Positions 49,357-61,645 of a stretch of 64,000 bases of DNA are shown piece by piece. The notes under the pieces are model-generated. The model did not search any database and was not told where the DNA came from. It saw only the letters and a program-made list of their open reading frames with translations. Made by a program: the position numbers and the translations under genes. The stretch is from Heterodontus francisci (taxonomy: Eukaryota): contig NC_090389.1 of assembly GCF_036365525.1 (NCBI RefSeq), positions 54,009,885 to 54,073,884 of the forward strand. Direction: 5' to 3'. Numbering within the stretch: the first letter of the stretch is position 1; each line of letters begins with the position of its first letter.

Positions 49357-52300
49357 ATTGTGACTAGAATTTAATGTTAAAGCGGTAAGCACGCCCACCA
49401 GCTGAAAAGTCAGGGGCTAGTCTGCCTCCACTGGGCCTGGAAGCCATGTTGCTATTTTGCATGGCCCAGGCCCTTAATTGGGCTCAGCCTCACTCCCTTT
49501 GAGAGAGGAAGTCTGGTCTGCAAGAGCTGCCATTGGGAATGATGGCCACTGCTGGGACTGCATCCAGTGAGAGGAGCAACGATGGATGCCAGCCTTGGAG
49601 CTGGTAATTGTGGATCGGGCCTCACTGGGGACAATTGTCAAGTCCCCAGCGAGGAGGGGGTGGGTTGGGGAGTAAGGCAGGGGGTGGTTTCAGCAAGGGC
49701 AGCCAGTGCGGCTGGGTGGGGGGGCCCTCGGTGGGGCACAGGGTGCCCAATCAGGACAGCACATCCCCAACCCTCAAGAAGGCCGCCAGCTATTACTGGC
49801 TGGCCTCCGCAGGTGCTGAAGTGCCTGTCTGCCACTGGTAAAATACAAGCACTGGCGGGAGGAGGCCTGTACGTAGCAATTACTATTGGCCACTTAAGTG
49901 CCTCAATGGGCCTGGGGAAGGCTCACCATTTGCCAGCACCCTCCCTGCTGGTAAAATAGCAGCGGGGGAGGATAGGCAATGGGCATGGAACCGCCCCTCT
50001 CCTCCCCCGCCTCTCACACAATTTAATCCCGCCTCCCAGCCCACTCCCGGCCTAGATTGCAAAAGTACTTCAAATGTATGATACATTTTGGGATATCTTA
50101 AGATTGTGAAAGATGTATATGATTGCAATTTTTTTTTCTTTCATATTTCTTTCCACTGCCCTACTGACGTGTTCCATTATATGATTCACTAATCATTTTA
50201 TTGAAACTTCCTCTCTGATTATGTCTTTTTGTCCCCTCCGTCCTCTCCCCTTTTTTTCCAAAATATGTTGTCACCTTTATCACGAAGGTCCATTTTTGTC
50301 TTTTTTGTACTATTTCTTAAAACCATGAGGAAATTTGTTGCTTAAAGTAAGGATTTCATTTCAGACTGGCCATGGGAGAAAATAAGTGTCACATGCAAAG
50401 TAATGGAATAGGACCTCAATGCAGCAGATTAAATAAACAATCACACCTACCAGAAAGAATTTCAGAGCAGGCACTCTTGGTCCTAAGTATATCGCTCAAA
50501 AACCTCTCATTGGAAAATATCTAAACTTGTGATTCTTTGAGTTACTGCTTCTGTTTTCAAAAATAATCATTCTATAAAGAAGCATAGTGGTGCTGTCCTA
50601 CAGTTTCAGTAGCTCCTCAATAGATCAATATTGCCTTGAATGAATTTTTATTGCACTCTACGACCATGAATTTATGCAATTTGAAGATGCACAACAGCTC
50701 AATTGTTTATTCATAAATCAAAATTTTGCTCAGATTGTGGATCTGGGAAAGATTGGTGAATTTCTAATGCAGTTTGCCTTTGGCATTGCATCGCAGAATT
50801 CAGCATTTTTTCTTTCAGAAACTTATATTTCAAAATAGGCATAGCTTCCAAATAGTGCTAATATATTATGTTATAATTTTGCTTCAAATTCTAAAAAGTT
50901 TCTGTTTCCACTGGATGGTTATATATTTTCATCATCAATTCTGACCTCGCTTGTATTCTGGTTTGTGCAATTAAATACAATGTAAACAAGTGATGATGGC
51001 TACGTCGTAAGTAAGCACTAGATGGCATTCCAATTCTATAAAATAGACCATAAAGTACTGAACTGGGGCAATGTATTGCAACATGGATCAAAAATGATCA
51101 TTGCTAATGAACATCCATAATTGGCATTATGAATGTCATAAGGCTGAATCTGACCCCTATTTGTGTATTACAAGTGACACCAATAAATTTATAGTCAAAT
51201 ATCATGCACTTATTGTTACGGACAAGTGAGAGATGATAGGGATGGTTCTCCCTTGTCACCTCTTGACAGACCAAAGACAGCATGTTTTGTTAAAAAAAAG
51301 TTTTTTTTTAACCCATGAATACTTTAGATTAGAAGAGCAGTGGTCCCAGCACAAAGCGTGCAGGGGGATAGAAAACTGAAATGTATTGCATGGGTAAAAC
51401 CAATTCTTTTGGAAAGGTAACTGATTCCAGAAGAAGCTGGGTTGGAGTGCCATTTGTCATCTCATAATGAAAAGCTTTGGTGGAATATTCCCTTCAGATT
51501 AGAGTCGAGCAACTGTCAGCTAAATGAAGCCGAGACACCCGTGGAAGTCACCTTTTCCAAACCTATACTGGAACAAATAGAAAGTTCTGTTAAACACCAA
51601 TAAATTAGAGAAGGAAAACCTAAAGACAGTCAGAATCTGTCTGAAAATGATCTGCTATCCAATTCTCACACATGTGGGACTTCAAACTCAAACCCTTTGA
51701 GACTCAGTTTCCATGTGACAGTTAAATTCGGGATTTGTTGGCTCTCAAAGACTATAGGGATGATTTAACCTGTCTGTCTGGCAGAAAGCAGTTAAAACGG
51801 CTCATGGAACTTGCCTGCTCCAATGCTGCTGCTTTCCAGTGGGTTCCAACATTAATCTGCTCATCTGAGCAGGTGAGAAGGCCACTCACTGAAAGCCAGT
51901 GGGGGCCCTAATTAAATAGAGTAGGCTCCAATGTGGTCAATGGAGCCAAACTGAGTCTGCATGGCAGCTGCCTGTGCTTGTATCAAAGTTGCAAACACTG
52001 GTGACAGACTCCTGTTGAGTGGCCTGGCTACAGTTTCCCTGGAGGTAACAACATGGTGCAGGATAGACTGCACAGTGGAAATGCACTGCAATAGCATTTT
52101 GCACTGGCAAGAAGTGAACTCTTTCACCCTTTCCACGTAAATTGCCATACTATTTAGCAGCCTAGCCAACACCTCATACAAGCCTCAAACATTTTATTTT
52201 AATGGCTAGGCCCAGAAGATCCACATCTCTGTCTTACTGAGCAGAGCTAGGAGAGTGCCCTCGGGTATGTTGTCTCCTGGGATGTCCCTGCCACCACTAC

Positions 52301-52620
52301 CTGCTCACTTATGCTGTGTGAGCCACCTGATGCAGTCCTTCCTACTGATCATCACACACAGAGTGCAAATATCCACTGGTGTTTAGGAGAGAAATAGCAA
52401 ATGATGATGGATTCTCAGGCGGTCTGTCTTCTTCTGAGGAGTCTGCTTCTGCAAGAGGCAGTAGTTCTTTTTAGTGATGAGAAGAATCTACAAGGAAGAA
52501 GAAAGAGTAAAGAGTTAGGATGGCAATAAAAAGCTGGATAGGAACATGTGAAAGGCTTGATCAAACTGGTTGCAATCTTAGGTTTAGATAAAAGTGTAAT
52601 TGCTTGTTGTAGGTGAAAAG

Positions 52621-53578
52621 TGTTACAACCAGGTGAGGCAAGGGGTCTAGGGCTCCCCTTTCAGCCTTTTCCTGGTTTTGCTGCAACAAGGTTTAATTTT
52701 TAAATTACTGTGTTTTTAGTTTCCTTCAGTGAATCTTTGGTCACTGATCTCTAATAGTGATGGCAAAGAAATCAACCAAACAGGTTTTCTCAGATTTAAA
52801 CAAGAAAGGTGTAAGTTTATTAACCTTAAAACTCTAATTCAGTTAAAACTACTAAAAATACATGACGCGACCGCGCTAGCATGAATACGGGATAAACACA
52901 CATGCAAATAGAGACAGAGGAGGAGAAAGAATTAAAGGGGGGAAGGTTTAAAGTAGCAGATGGAATTAGTTACTGGTTTTGGATTGGATGCAAAGTTTTT
53001 GATTGAAGTTAAGTCTTGCAGTTCTCGTTGGGGCCCAGTGCACACTTTCAAACTTGTTTTGCTGGTCTTCTGCCGCGAGGCTTAAGTCACTTCCGGGGTC
53101 CCTAGAACTTTGCATGAGAGAGAGGGAGAAAGAGAGAGATGCTGTCTTCTTGAAGTTCAGTTGCAGTATCTTCCCAAACTGTTCTTTGTCAGGCACAATT
53201 CAAAAAACCCCAGATTGGCCAACAGGTTAGTCATGTGACTAGCTCCTTGTGTGGAGCAGCCTCATGGATTCCACCAAGCTTACCAGACACTCTCAGTGAG
53301 GGGTGGTGGGGGGTGGGGGGGGTGAAATGCTGGCTCAATGACTCTCAATGTCTCTTGATCATCACTATTGACAAAACCCATCTGGCTAATTGAATCAGGG
53401 AGTACTCTCATTGTCTTCTTGATGCAATTGTCTTTTAGAATGAAAATGTGCAGCCATGTTTTCGGCCACTGTTTTGGTCTTTTTAGACAAGTTATTTCAA
53501 ATCCAGAAACAGTTCAAAATAATGTTCCATATGATGAGATTAATATGTTTCATTTTGGCAGGTGTGGTTTCTATCACA
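52621..53578 (-). mobile_element. Solo Gypsy LTR
   Basis: TGT..ACA termini. Reverse-complement homologue of 59075-60030; the ORF track shows MKLSLAVL.GAQCTLSNLF in both. Confidence 0.85.
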
Positions 53579-53789
53579 AAGGGTACAAGTGATTCTCAAC
53601 AAAGTCACCAACCTCCCCATCTCCAATGCTGGCAGCATTGCATTGCCTACTAATCTCTACTTCATCTACTTGGGTAAGGTTTACAAATCCTTGGTCCTGT
53701 CCCTCTCCTGATAATTGTGCATTATCTCCTCCTGCAAAAGGGGAAGGAAACAGTTATGAATGGCTAGTGAAGATTGGTGGTACTTTTGG

Positions 53790-56270
53790 ATCACAGAATG
53801 ACAAAATCACAGAACTGTGACAGTGCAGAAGGAGGCCATTCGGCCTATCATGTGTGCACTGGTTCTCCAAATGAGCAATTCACTTTATGCTATTTCCCTG
53901 CCTTCTCCCCTTAACCCTGCATGTTCTTCCTTTACAGCTAATAGTCTAATTCCCTTTTGAATGCCTCGATTGAACATACCCCCACCATACTCTCAGGCAG
54001 TGCATTCCAGATGCTAACCACTCGCTGTGTGAAAAAGTTTTTCTCATGTCACTTTTGCTTCTTTTGCCAATCACTTTTAATCTGTGCCCTCTCGTTCTCG
54101 ATCGTTTCACATGTGGGAACAGTTTTTTCCTATCCATTCTGTCCAGATTACTCATGATTTTGAATACCTCTATCAAATCTCCACTCAGCCTTCTCTTCTC
54201 CAAGGAAAACAGTCTCAACTTCTCCAATCTATCTTCATAACTGAAGTTCCTCATCCCCGGAATCATTCTCATGGACCTTTTCTGTACTCTGTCCAATGAC
54301 TTCACATTTTTCCTGAAATGTGGAGCCCAGAACGGGATGCAATACTCCAGCTGAGGATGAACTAGTGTCTTATACAAGTTTAACATAACCTCCTTGCTCT
54401 TGTACTTTATGCCCCTATTAATAAAGCCCAGGATACTGTATGCTTTATTAACTGTGCTCTCAACCTGTCCTGCCACCTTCAATCACTTATACACATATAC
54501 ACCCAGGTCCCTCTGCTCCTGCACCCACTTTAGAGTTGTATCCATTATGTTATATTGTATCTCCATGCTCTTCCTACCAAAATGAATGACTTCACATTTC
54601 TCCACATTGAACTTCATCTACCACTTGTCCGCCCATTCCACCAACTTGTCTATGTCCTTTTGAAGTTCTACACTGTCCTCCTCACAGTTCACAATTGTTC
54701 CAAGTTCCGTATCATCTGCAAATTTTGTAATTGTGTCCTGTACACCAAGGTCTAGGTCATTAATATATATCGGGAAAAGCAAGGGATCCAACACTGACCC
54801 TTGGGGCACTCCACTACAAACATTCTTCCACCCTGAAAAACATCCATTAACTACTACTCTCTGTTTCCTGTCACTTAGCCAATTTTGTATTCATGTTGCT
54901 ACTGTTCCTTTTATTCCATGAGCTATAATTTTGCTCACCTGTCTGTTGTGTGGCACTGTATCAAACGCCTTTTGGAAGTCCATGTACATCTCATCAACAG
55001 CATTGCGCTCATCGACCCTCTCTGTTATCTCTTCAAAAAACTCCAGCACATTAGTTAAACATGATTTTCCCTTATGAAATCCATGCTAGGTTTCCTTAAT
55101 TAACCCACATTTGTCCATGTGACAATTAATTTTGTCCAGAATCATTGTTTCTAGACATTGCCCACCATCGAAGTTAAACTGACTAGCCTGTAGTTGCTGG
55201 GCTTATCTTTATATCCTTTTTTGAACAAGGGTGTCATATTTGCAATTCTCCAGTCCTCTGTCACCACCCCTGAGTCTAAGGAAGACTGGAGAATTATGGC
55301 CAGTGCTTCCATGATTTCCACTCTCATTTTCCTCAGTATCCTTGGATGCAGCTCATCCAGCCCTGGTGTTTTATCAACCTTAAGTGTGGGCGGCCTATCT
55401 AATACCTCCTCCTTATCAATTTTAAATCCTTCTATTGTATTAATTACTTCCTCTTTTGCTGTGGCCTGGTAGCATCTTCTTCCAAATTGGCTAAGTGACA
55501 GGAAGCAGAGAGTAGTAGTTAATGGATGTTTTTCAGGGTGGAAGAATGTTTGTAGTGGAGTGCCCCAAGGGTCAGTGTTGGATCCCTTGCTTTTCCCGAT
55601 ATACAATACCTCAGCTATTCTCGCTGCCTCCATGCGTAAATTCCCCTTTCGGCCCTACTCGAACTTTTGCCATCCTTTTACTATTTATATGCCTATAGAA
55701 GACTTTGGGATTCCCTTTTATGTTTGCTGCCAGTCTCTTTCCATGCTCTCTCTTTGCTTCTCTTATTTGCCTTTTCACTTCCCCTCTCAACCTTCTATAT
55801 TCAGCCTGGTACTCCATTGAATTATCAACCTGACATCTGTCATAAGCACACTTTTTCTTCTTCATCTGCATCTCTATCTCTTTTGTCATCCAGGGAGCTC
55901 TGGATTTATTTGCCCTACCTTTCCCTTTCAAGGAAATATACCTTGACTGTGCCCAAGCTATCTCTTTTTTGAAGGTAGCCCATTGGTGAGCTACTGTTTT
56001 TCCTGCCAACCTTTGATTCCAATTTATTCGGCCCAGATACATTCTTACCCCATTGAAGTTGGCTTGCCCCCAGTTAATTATTCTTATTCTAGATTGTTCT
56101 TTGTCCTTTTCCAAAGCCAACCTAAACCTTATGATACAATGATCACTGCCCCGTAAATGTTCTCCTATTGATATTTGATCCACTTGGCCCACCTCATTCC
56201 CAAGAACCAGGTCTAGCAGTGCCTTCCCTCTTGATGGACTAAAAACATACCACTGGCGAAAATTTTCTGA
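53790..56270 (-). mobile_element. CR1 LINE (end of EN through RT to 3' tail)
   Basis: ORFs 55611-56363, 55151-55633, 54618-54809 (YINDLD..KFADDT) and 53946-54482. Confidence 0.88.
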
Positions 56271-56604
56271 CAATCTGGGGGGCACTTTCCCTCCCTCATC
56301 AGCCAAAAGACAAGGCTGAAGCATTTGCATCATCAGCCAGAAGTTGCTGAGTGGATGATTCATCTCAGCTTCCTTCTGAGGACTGCAGCATCACAGATGC
56401 CAGTCTTCAGCCAATTCGGTTCACTCCACATGATATCAAGAAATGGCTGAAGGTACTGGGTGCAGCAAAAACTTCGACATCACCTTCCAAACCCACAACC
56501 TCTATCACCCAGAATAACAGGGCAGCAGACGCATGGGAGCACCACCACTTTCAGTTCCCCTCCAAGTCACATATCATCCTGACTTGGAACTATATCGCCG
56601 TTCC

Positions 56605-56957
56605 TTTAGTTTCGTTTAGAGATACAGCACTGAAACAGGCCCTTCGGCCCACCGAGTCTGTGCCGACCATCAACCACCATTTATACTAATCCTACACTAA
56701 TCCCATGTTCCCTACCACATCCCTACCTGTCCCTATATTTCCCTACCACCTACCTATACTAGGGGCAATTTATAATGGCCAATTTACCTACCAACCTGCA
56801 AGTCTTTTGGCTTGTGGGAGGAAACCGGAGCACCCAGAGAAAACCCACGCAGACACAGGGAGAATTTGCAAACTCCACACAGGCAGTACCCAGAATTGAA
56901 CCCGGGTCGCTGGAGCTGCGAGGCTGCAGTGCTAACCACTGCGCCACTGTGCCGCCC
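56605..56957 (-). mobile_element. V-SINE (HE1-like), inside a CR1-group fragment (about 56300-57135, +)
   Basis: Full SINE copy. Confidence 0.9.
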
Positions 56958-59012
56958 CATCGTTGGGTCAAGATCCAGGAACTCCCTCCCGAACAGCACT
57001 GTGGGTGTACATGCACAACATAGACTGCAGCAGTTCAAGAAGATGTCTCACCACTATCTTCGCAAGGGCAATTAGGAATGGGCAATATATGCTGGCCTTG
57101 CCAGCGACGTTCACATCCCATAAACAAATAAAAAAATCTGGAATATTTGCAACTTCTGTGTCATAACTTCCACTTATATTTCCTTCTATGAATGAGGCTT
57201 CCCTTTTAAGAAGTGCATTCAGATTTTAAATACTGGCGGACTCCTACTAGAAATTGCAGCTTGTGGGCGGGTGGCTTTCATCTGACGCAATGGGTTGATC
57301 AGCCCACCAGTCTAATGGAAATAAGGCTCAGTTATTAATACTAGCTGTAATGTCATTTACCAGATGTAAAATCAAAGAGTCCTTTCATTGGCTTTTTAGA
57401 GAGGGGGTTTGCAGTGGACAGAACATAGTTTGACTTCTGTTATTTAGCTTTTTAAAAACATACAAAACCGTAGGAGGACCTGGCTACCTAAACTCTTTTG
57501 AAGGCAGAACAAAGCAGTCCAGCACCAGTACAAAGTTGTTCCCAGAGGTCACAATAAATGTGTAGAACAGAGAAAATAGTCAAAAGGGCCCAGATGTTAG
57601 CCAGCAGCACATGATTTCTACCCTCTAACTGCTGAACTACAAACCCGGATGTGATATGCCTTATGCTCACCCACAATATATTAATTAGACTGAATATAGA
57701 AGCTCAGCTGGGTTCAATGATCATGGACTTGGATAAGTCTGATTTGCATTCCACTTGCTTAGCAGGTTCCTGGGTTGGATGCAAAAAATCCATCCTTACA
57801 TATTTGGGCTGCCCTGAAGTATAGAGATGAATGACCATCTGTAAAAATGTGCTTTTTATTAAACTATTCTGTTGAAAGAATCCCTACCATCATTTTTATT
57901 TATTCATTCATGGGATGTGGTCTTTGCTGGCAAGGCAATAATATATTGCTCATTCTTAATTGTTCTGGGGAAGGTGGTTGTAAGCTGCATTCTTGAACCG
58001 CTGCAGGCCGTGTGGTGTAGGTACACCCACAGTGCTGTTGGGGACAGAGTTCCAGGGTTTTGACCCAGCGATGATTAAGGAATGTTGTCATGCTCACACA
58101 AGGAGAAATTATGAACTATAAAGTGAACTGGTGAATTGAACTCAAAATGGACACCTTTTGCTACAAAACAAGATGGAGTAAGAGGTCAGGTGGCCTCTCC
58201 TGTAATGCAAATACATATGGCAACTGCTGGAACCCTGAACAATTCATCATGGCTGGTCAAGTGTTGAAAAAAGCATGAGAAATGTAAATGGCCCATTCAA
58301 TGCTAATGGATACCCTTATTCAACAGGTTGGACTAACAATGACTTTGCAAACGTGGACACTCCAGACTCAAACTCAGGATAAATGGTGTGAAAAGCACCA
58401 CTTTAGCAAGATGGCATAGAGATGAGCAACATCCAAACCCATTGATTAACAGTAGCTACACCATCAAACACTATTTATGAAAACACAATAGGAGAGAACC
58501 TTTGGTCACCTGACAGAAACCAAGTCTCTCATAAGGTGTTTTTAATAAGAGACATTTTCTGTGTAAAATGCAAGAAAGGCAGAAGCCAGAAGGGAGATCC
58601 ATCCCAACAAGAAGGACCCTGCCAGAATACCACCTTTAAACTACCTATAGGTAGAGACAAAGGGAACCTCAAATCTCTCTACCTGAGAAATTGTAACAGG
58701 ATTTTTTGTCATTGAACTGTGACTGAGATTTAGCCAAAGTAGTCTGCAGCACAGCATCCGTCCACCTGAAACTTTCCAAAGTCTGACTTCAGTGAACCAG
58801 GAAAAAGGGAAAACAGGCCTGCACTTTTTAAAAATCTTCCTCCCAGGGAAACTAGCGAGGTTTCACAACAAGCTCTTTTTAAAACCATCAGACCTAAATG
58901 CATGCTATCTTTTAGTTTCTACCTTTTCTTGTGTGTGTGCTTGTGCATGCATGTGAGTGGGTGAAGTTGTGAATATTTTCGGGTATTGTTTAATAAATAT
59001 TTATCTTTCTTT

Positions 59013-61067
59013 TGTCATACCCAGTAAAGGCATGTCCTATTCATAACTTTAAACACGGACTATAGTCAACATAGTGTGACGGAAACCACCCCTGCCGAAA
59101 TGAGACATATTAATTTTGTCAGATGGGACATTATTTTTAAACTGCTGCTGGACTTGAAATAACTTGCTTAAATGATCACAACAGTGGCTGAAAACATAGC
59201 TGCACATTTGCATTCTAAAAGACAGTTGCCTGAAGAAGACAATGGGAGTCCTCCCTGATTCAATTAGCCAGATGGATTTTTGTCAATAGTGATGATCAAG
59301 AGACATTGAATGTGTAAGAGCCAGCATTCCACCCCTCCCCCACCCCCTGCCCACTGAGAGTGTCTGGTAAGCTTGGGGGAATCCACAAACCTCCTAGGAG
59401 AGACTGGTCCAAATAAGGATCTAGTCACATGACTAACCAGATGGGCAACCTGGGGTTGTTTGAATTGTGCCACATGGAAAGGAACAGACTGCTTTTGAAG
59501 ACCAAAGAGAAGCAAGGCCTCTGTCTCTCTCTCTGTCTCAAACAAAGTTTCAGGGACCCACAGAAGTAACTTAAGCCTCAAGACATAAGACCAGAGAAAC
59601 AAGTTTGAAAGTGTGCACTGGGCCCCAATGAGAACTGCAAGACTTAACTTCAATCAAAGACTTTACATCAAACCCAAAGCCAGCAATGGAACTCCAGCTA
59701 TTACTTCAAATCTTTCCCCTTCTTTCTCCTCCTCTGTCTCTATTTGCATGTGTGTTTATCGCGTATGCATGCTAGCATGGTTGTGTCGCGTATTTTTAGT
59801 AGTTGTAACTGAATTAGAGTTTTAAGGTTAATAAACTTACACCTTTCTTGTTTAAATCTGAGAAAACCTGTGTGGTTGATTTCTTTGCAATCACAATTAA
59901 AGAGCAGTGAGCAAGAACTCACTGAGGGGAAGCTAAAAACATGGTGTTTTAAAAATTAAACCTATTGCGGCCAAACCAGGAAGAGGCTGAGAGGAGGAGC
60001 CCTGGACCCCTTTCTCACCTGGTCGGAACAATAGCATTTTCTGGAACTGAATTTTCCTTTTGTTTTAAATGAACCACAATGGACAATAAAAGTGTACATG
60101 GGCTGAAAAGGTGGCCACTGTAGGTCAGCTGTCCTGGCCTCTGTATTCAAAAACTGACTCGCTGTCTTGAAAGTACAAAAAGATACCTTCCAGACTAAGA
60201 GGTGTCATCAACACCCATTCTGAAACCATCAGGTGACATTCCTAAATTGAATGGGTTTCTCCTGAAACAAAATATGTGATTGTCTTAACCCTTCCTAGGA
60301 TGAATGTCTCAAAACAATAGATAAGAATGGGGCTAATCAACCTAGACTCCCCACAATATTTGGAAAAGAAACTATGAGAAGTCACATGGTGGGACAGCCA
60401 TGTTGGTCTCCCTTTAAAAATCTTTAAATTACGGATTGTAAAAATATGCAGCAAGCAGACAAGGCAGTAACATCATGCCTTAAAAGAACTGGAGGCTGTA
60501 ACATCTTAAGGTCTCCAAGCTTGTTCCTTTTCAAGTCCACCAGTACAGAAAACCAACCTCCTAGTAATGAGACTACAAGCGACTAACTTTGTGACTTGCT
60601 GAAAATCCATCCCTTCAAGAAAATCCTGCAACAACTTTGATATACGACTCCGGCTATCGAATCCATCCAACTACACTTCAGGAGTGAAAACGCCTTCTTC
60701 ACCAGGCCTGCAACATATTCCTTTTCCCCAAGATGAGCCAAATCAACTGACTTATGAACTATTCCTTTGTTTGCAACTTGTAAAAGTGCATTAACCTTTT
60801 AACTGCTTTCTTTCTCAAGTGTGTGTTTGTGTGTGTGTCTGAGTGGTAAGTGAGTGACGTAGCTTTAGACTTTCGGGTTGAATGCGTTAATAAAAATAAA
60901 CCTCTTTATTTAAACCCACGAGAAAAGGGTGCTGCTGGTTATTCAAATTGGCTATATACTCAGGGGGTTAAGTAACACATGCATCTTCCTTATCAGAAAT
61001 ACACTGATTATGGATAGTAAAGGGAAAAGCCTGGGGTTTTAGTTCTTCCTCAATTCTGTCCATAACA
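59013..61067 (+). mobile_element. Solo LTR Z (middle of the nest)
   Basis: TGTCATAC..CATAACA with TSD CTTT. Confidence 0.78.
59075..60030 (+). mobile_element. Solo LTR Y (innermost of the nest)
   Basis: TGTGACGG..CGGAACA with TSD ATAG. Confidence 0.88.
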
Positions 61068-61372
61068 CTTTAAATCTATGAGAAAACCTGTCATTTGTCT
61101 GTTTATTGACCATTAAAACACTCAAGGGTTAAAACACAATTCTAATAAAACACACAGACTTTGGTCAGTAGAGAGGTGAAAAGTGGAAATCATCCCTATT
61201 ATTTCCCATCTGTCCATAACATAGTTCCAAGTCAGGATGACGTGTGACTTGGAAGTGCTGGTGCTCCTATGCACCTGCTACCCTTGTCCTTCTGCATGGT
61301 AGAGGTTGTGGGTTTGGAAGATGCTGTCAATGCCTTTGACAAGTTGCTGCAGTGCGTTTTGTAGATGATACA

Positions 61373-61645
61373 TGTAATGAGTTCTGTATGTTATCTGATG
61401 CAACAGAAATGAGATGCGTGGAGTCCAATTCGCTGAAGATTTCTAACAGGTTTATTAACAGCTAAATAAGTATATACAGTATAGAGCAAACTATTTACAG
61501 AACCTTATTGGGTGTTACAGTTGCAGAGTGTCTCTGACTTGTAGTCATATGACTGCATCCTGGTACTTAGCTCATTAGCATACTGAGATCTTAAAGGGAC
61601 ATCACTCTTAAGGTGAACAGTACACAGTACAGTGAACATACAACA
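61373..61645 (-). mobile_element. Short solo LTR, same family as 47374-47629
   Basis: TGT..ACA termini with 5-bp TSD ATACA/GTACA. Confidence 0.8.

Larger units (their letters stand above)
58086..61221 (+). mobile_element. Solo LTR X (outermost of a triple nest)
   Basis: TGTCATG..CATAACA. Its AATAAA..CTTT|AAATCTATGAGAAAACCTGTC block is split by LTR Z. Confidence 0.72.

Noticed and set aside
50990-51061. C/D-box snoRNA-like GTGATGA...CTGA
   Set aside because: No terminal stem, no recognisable rRNA guide, and not inside a known intron.
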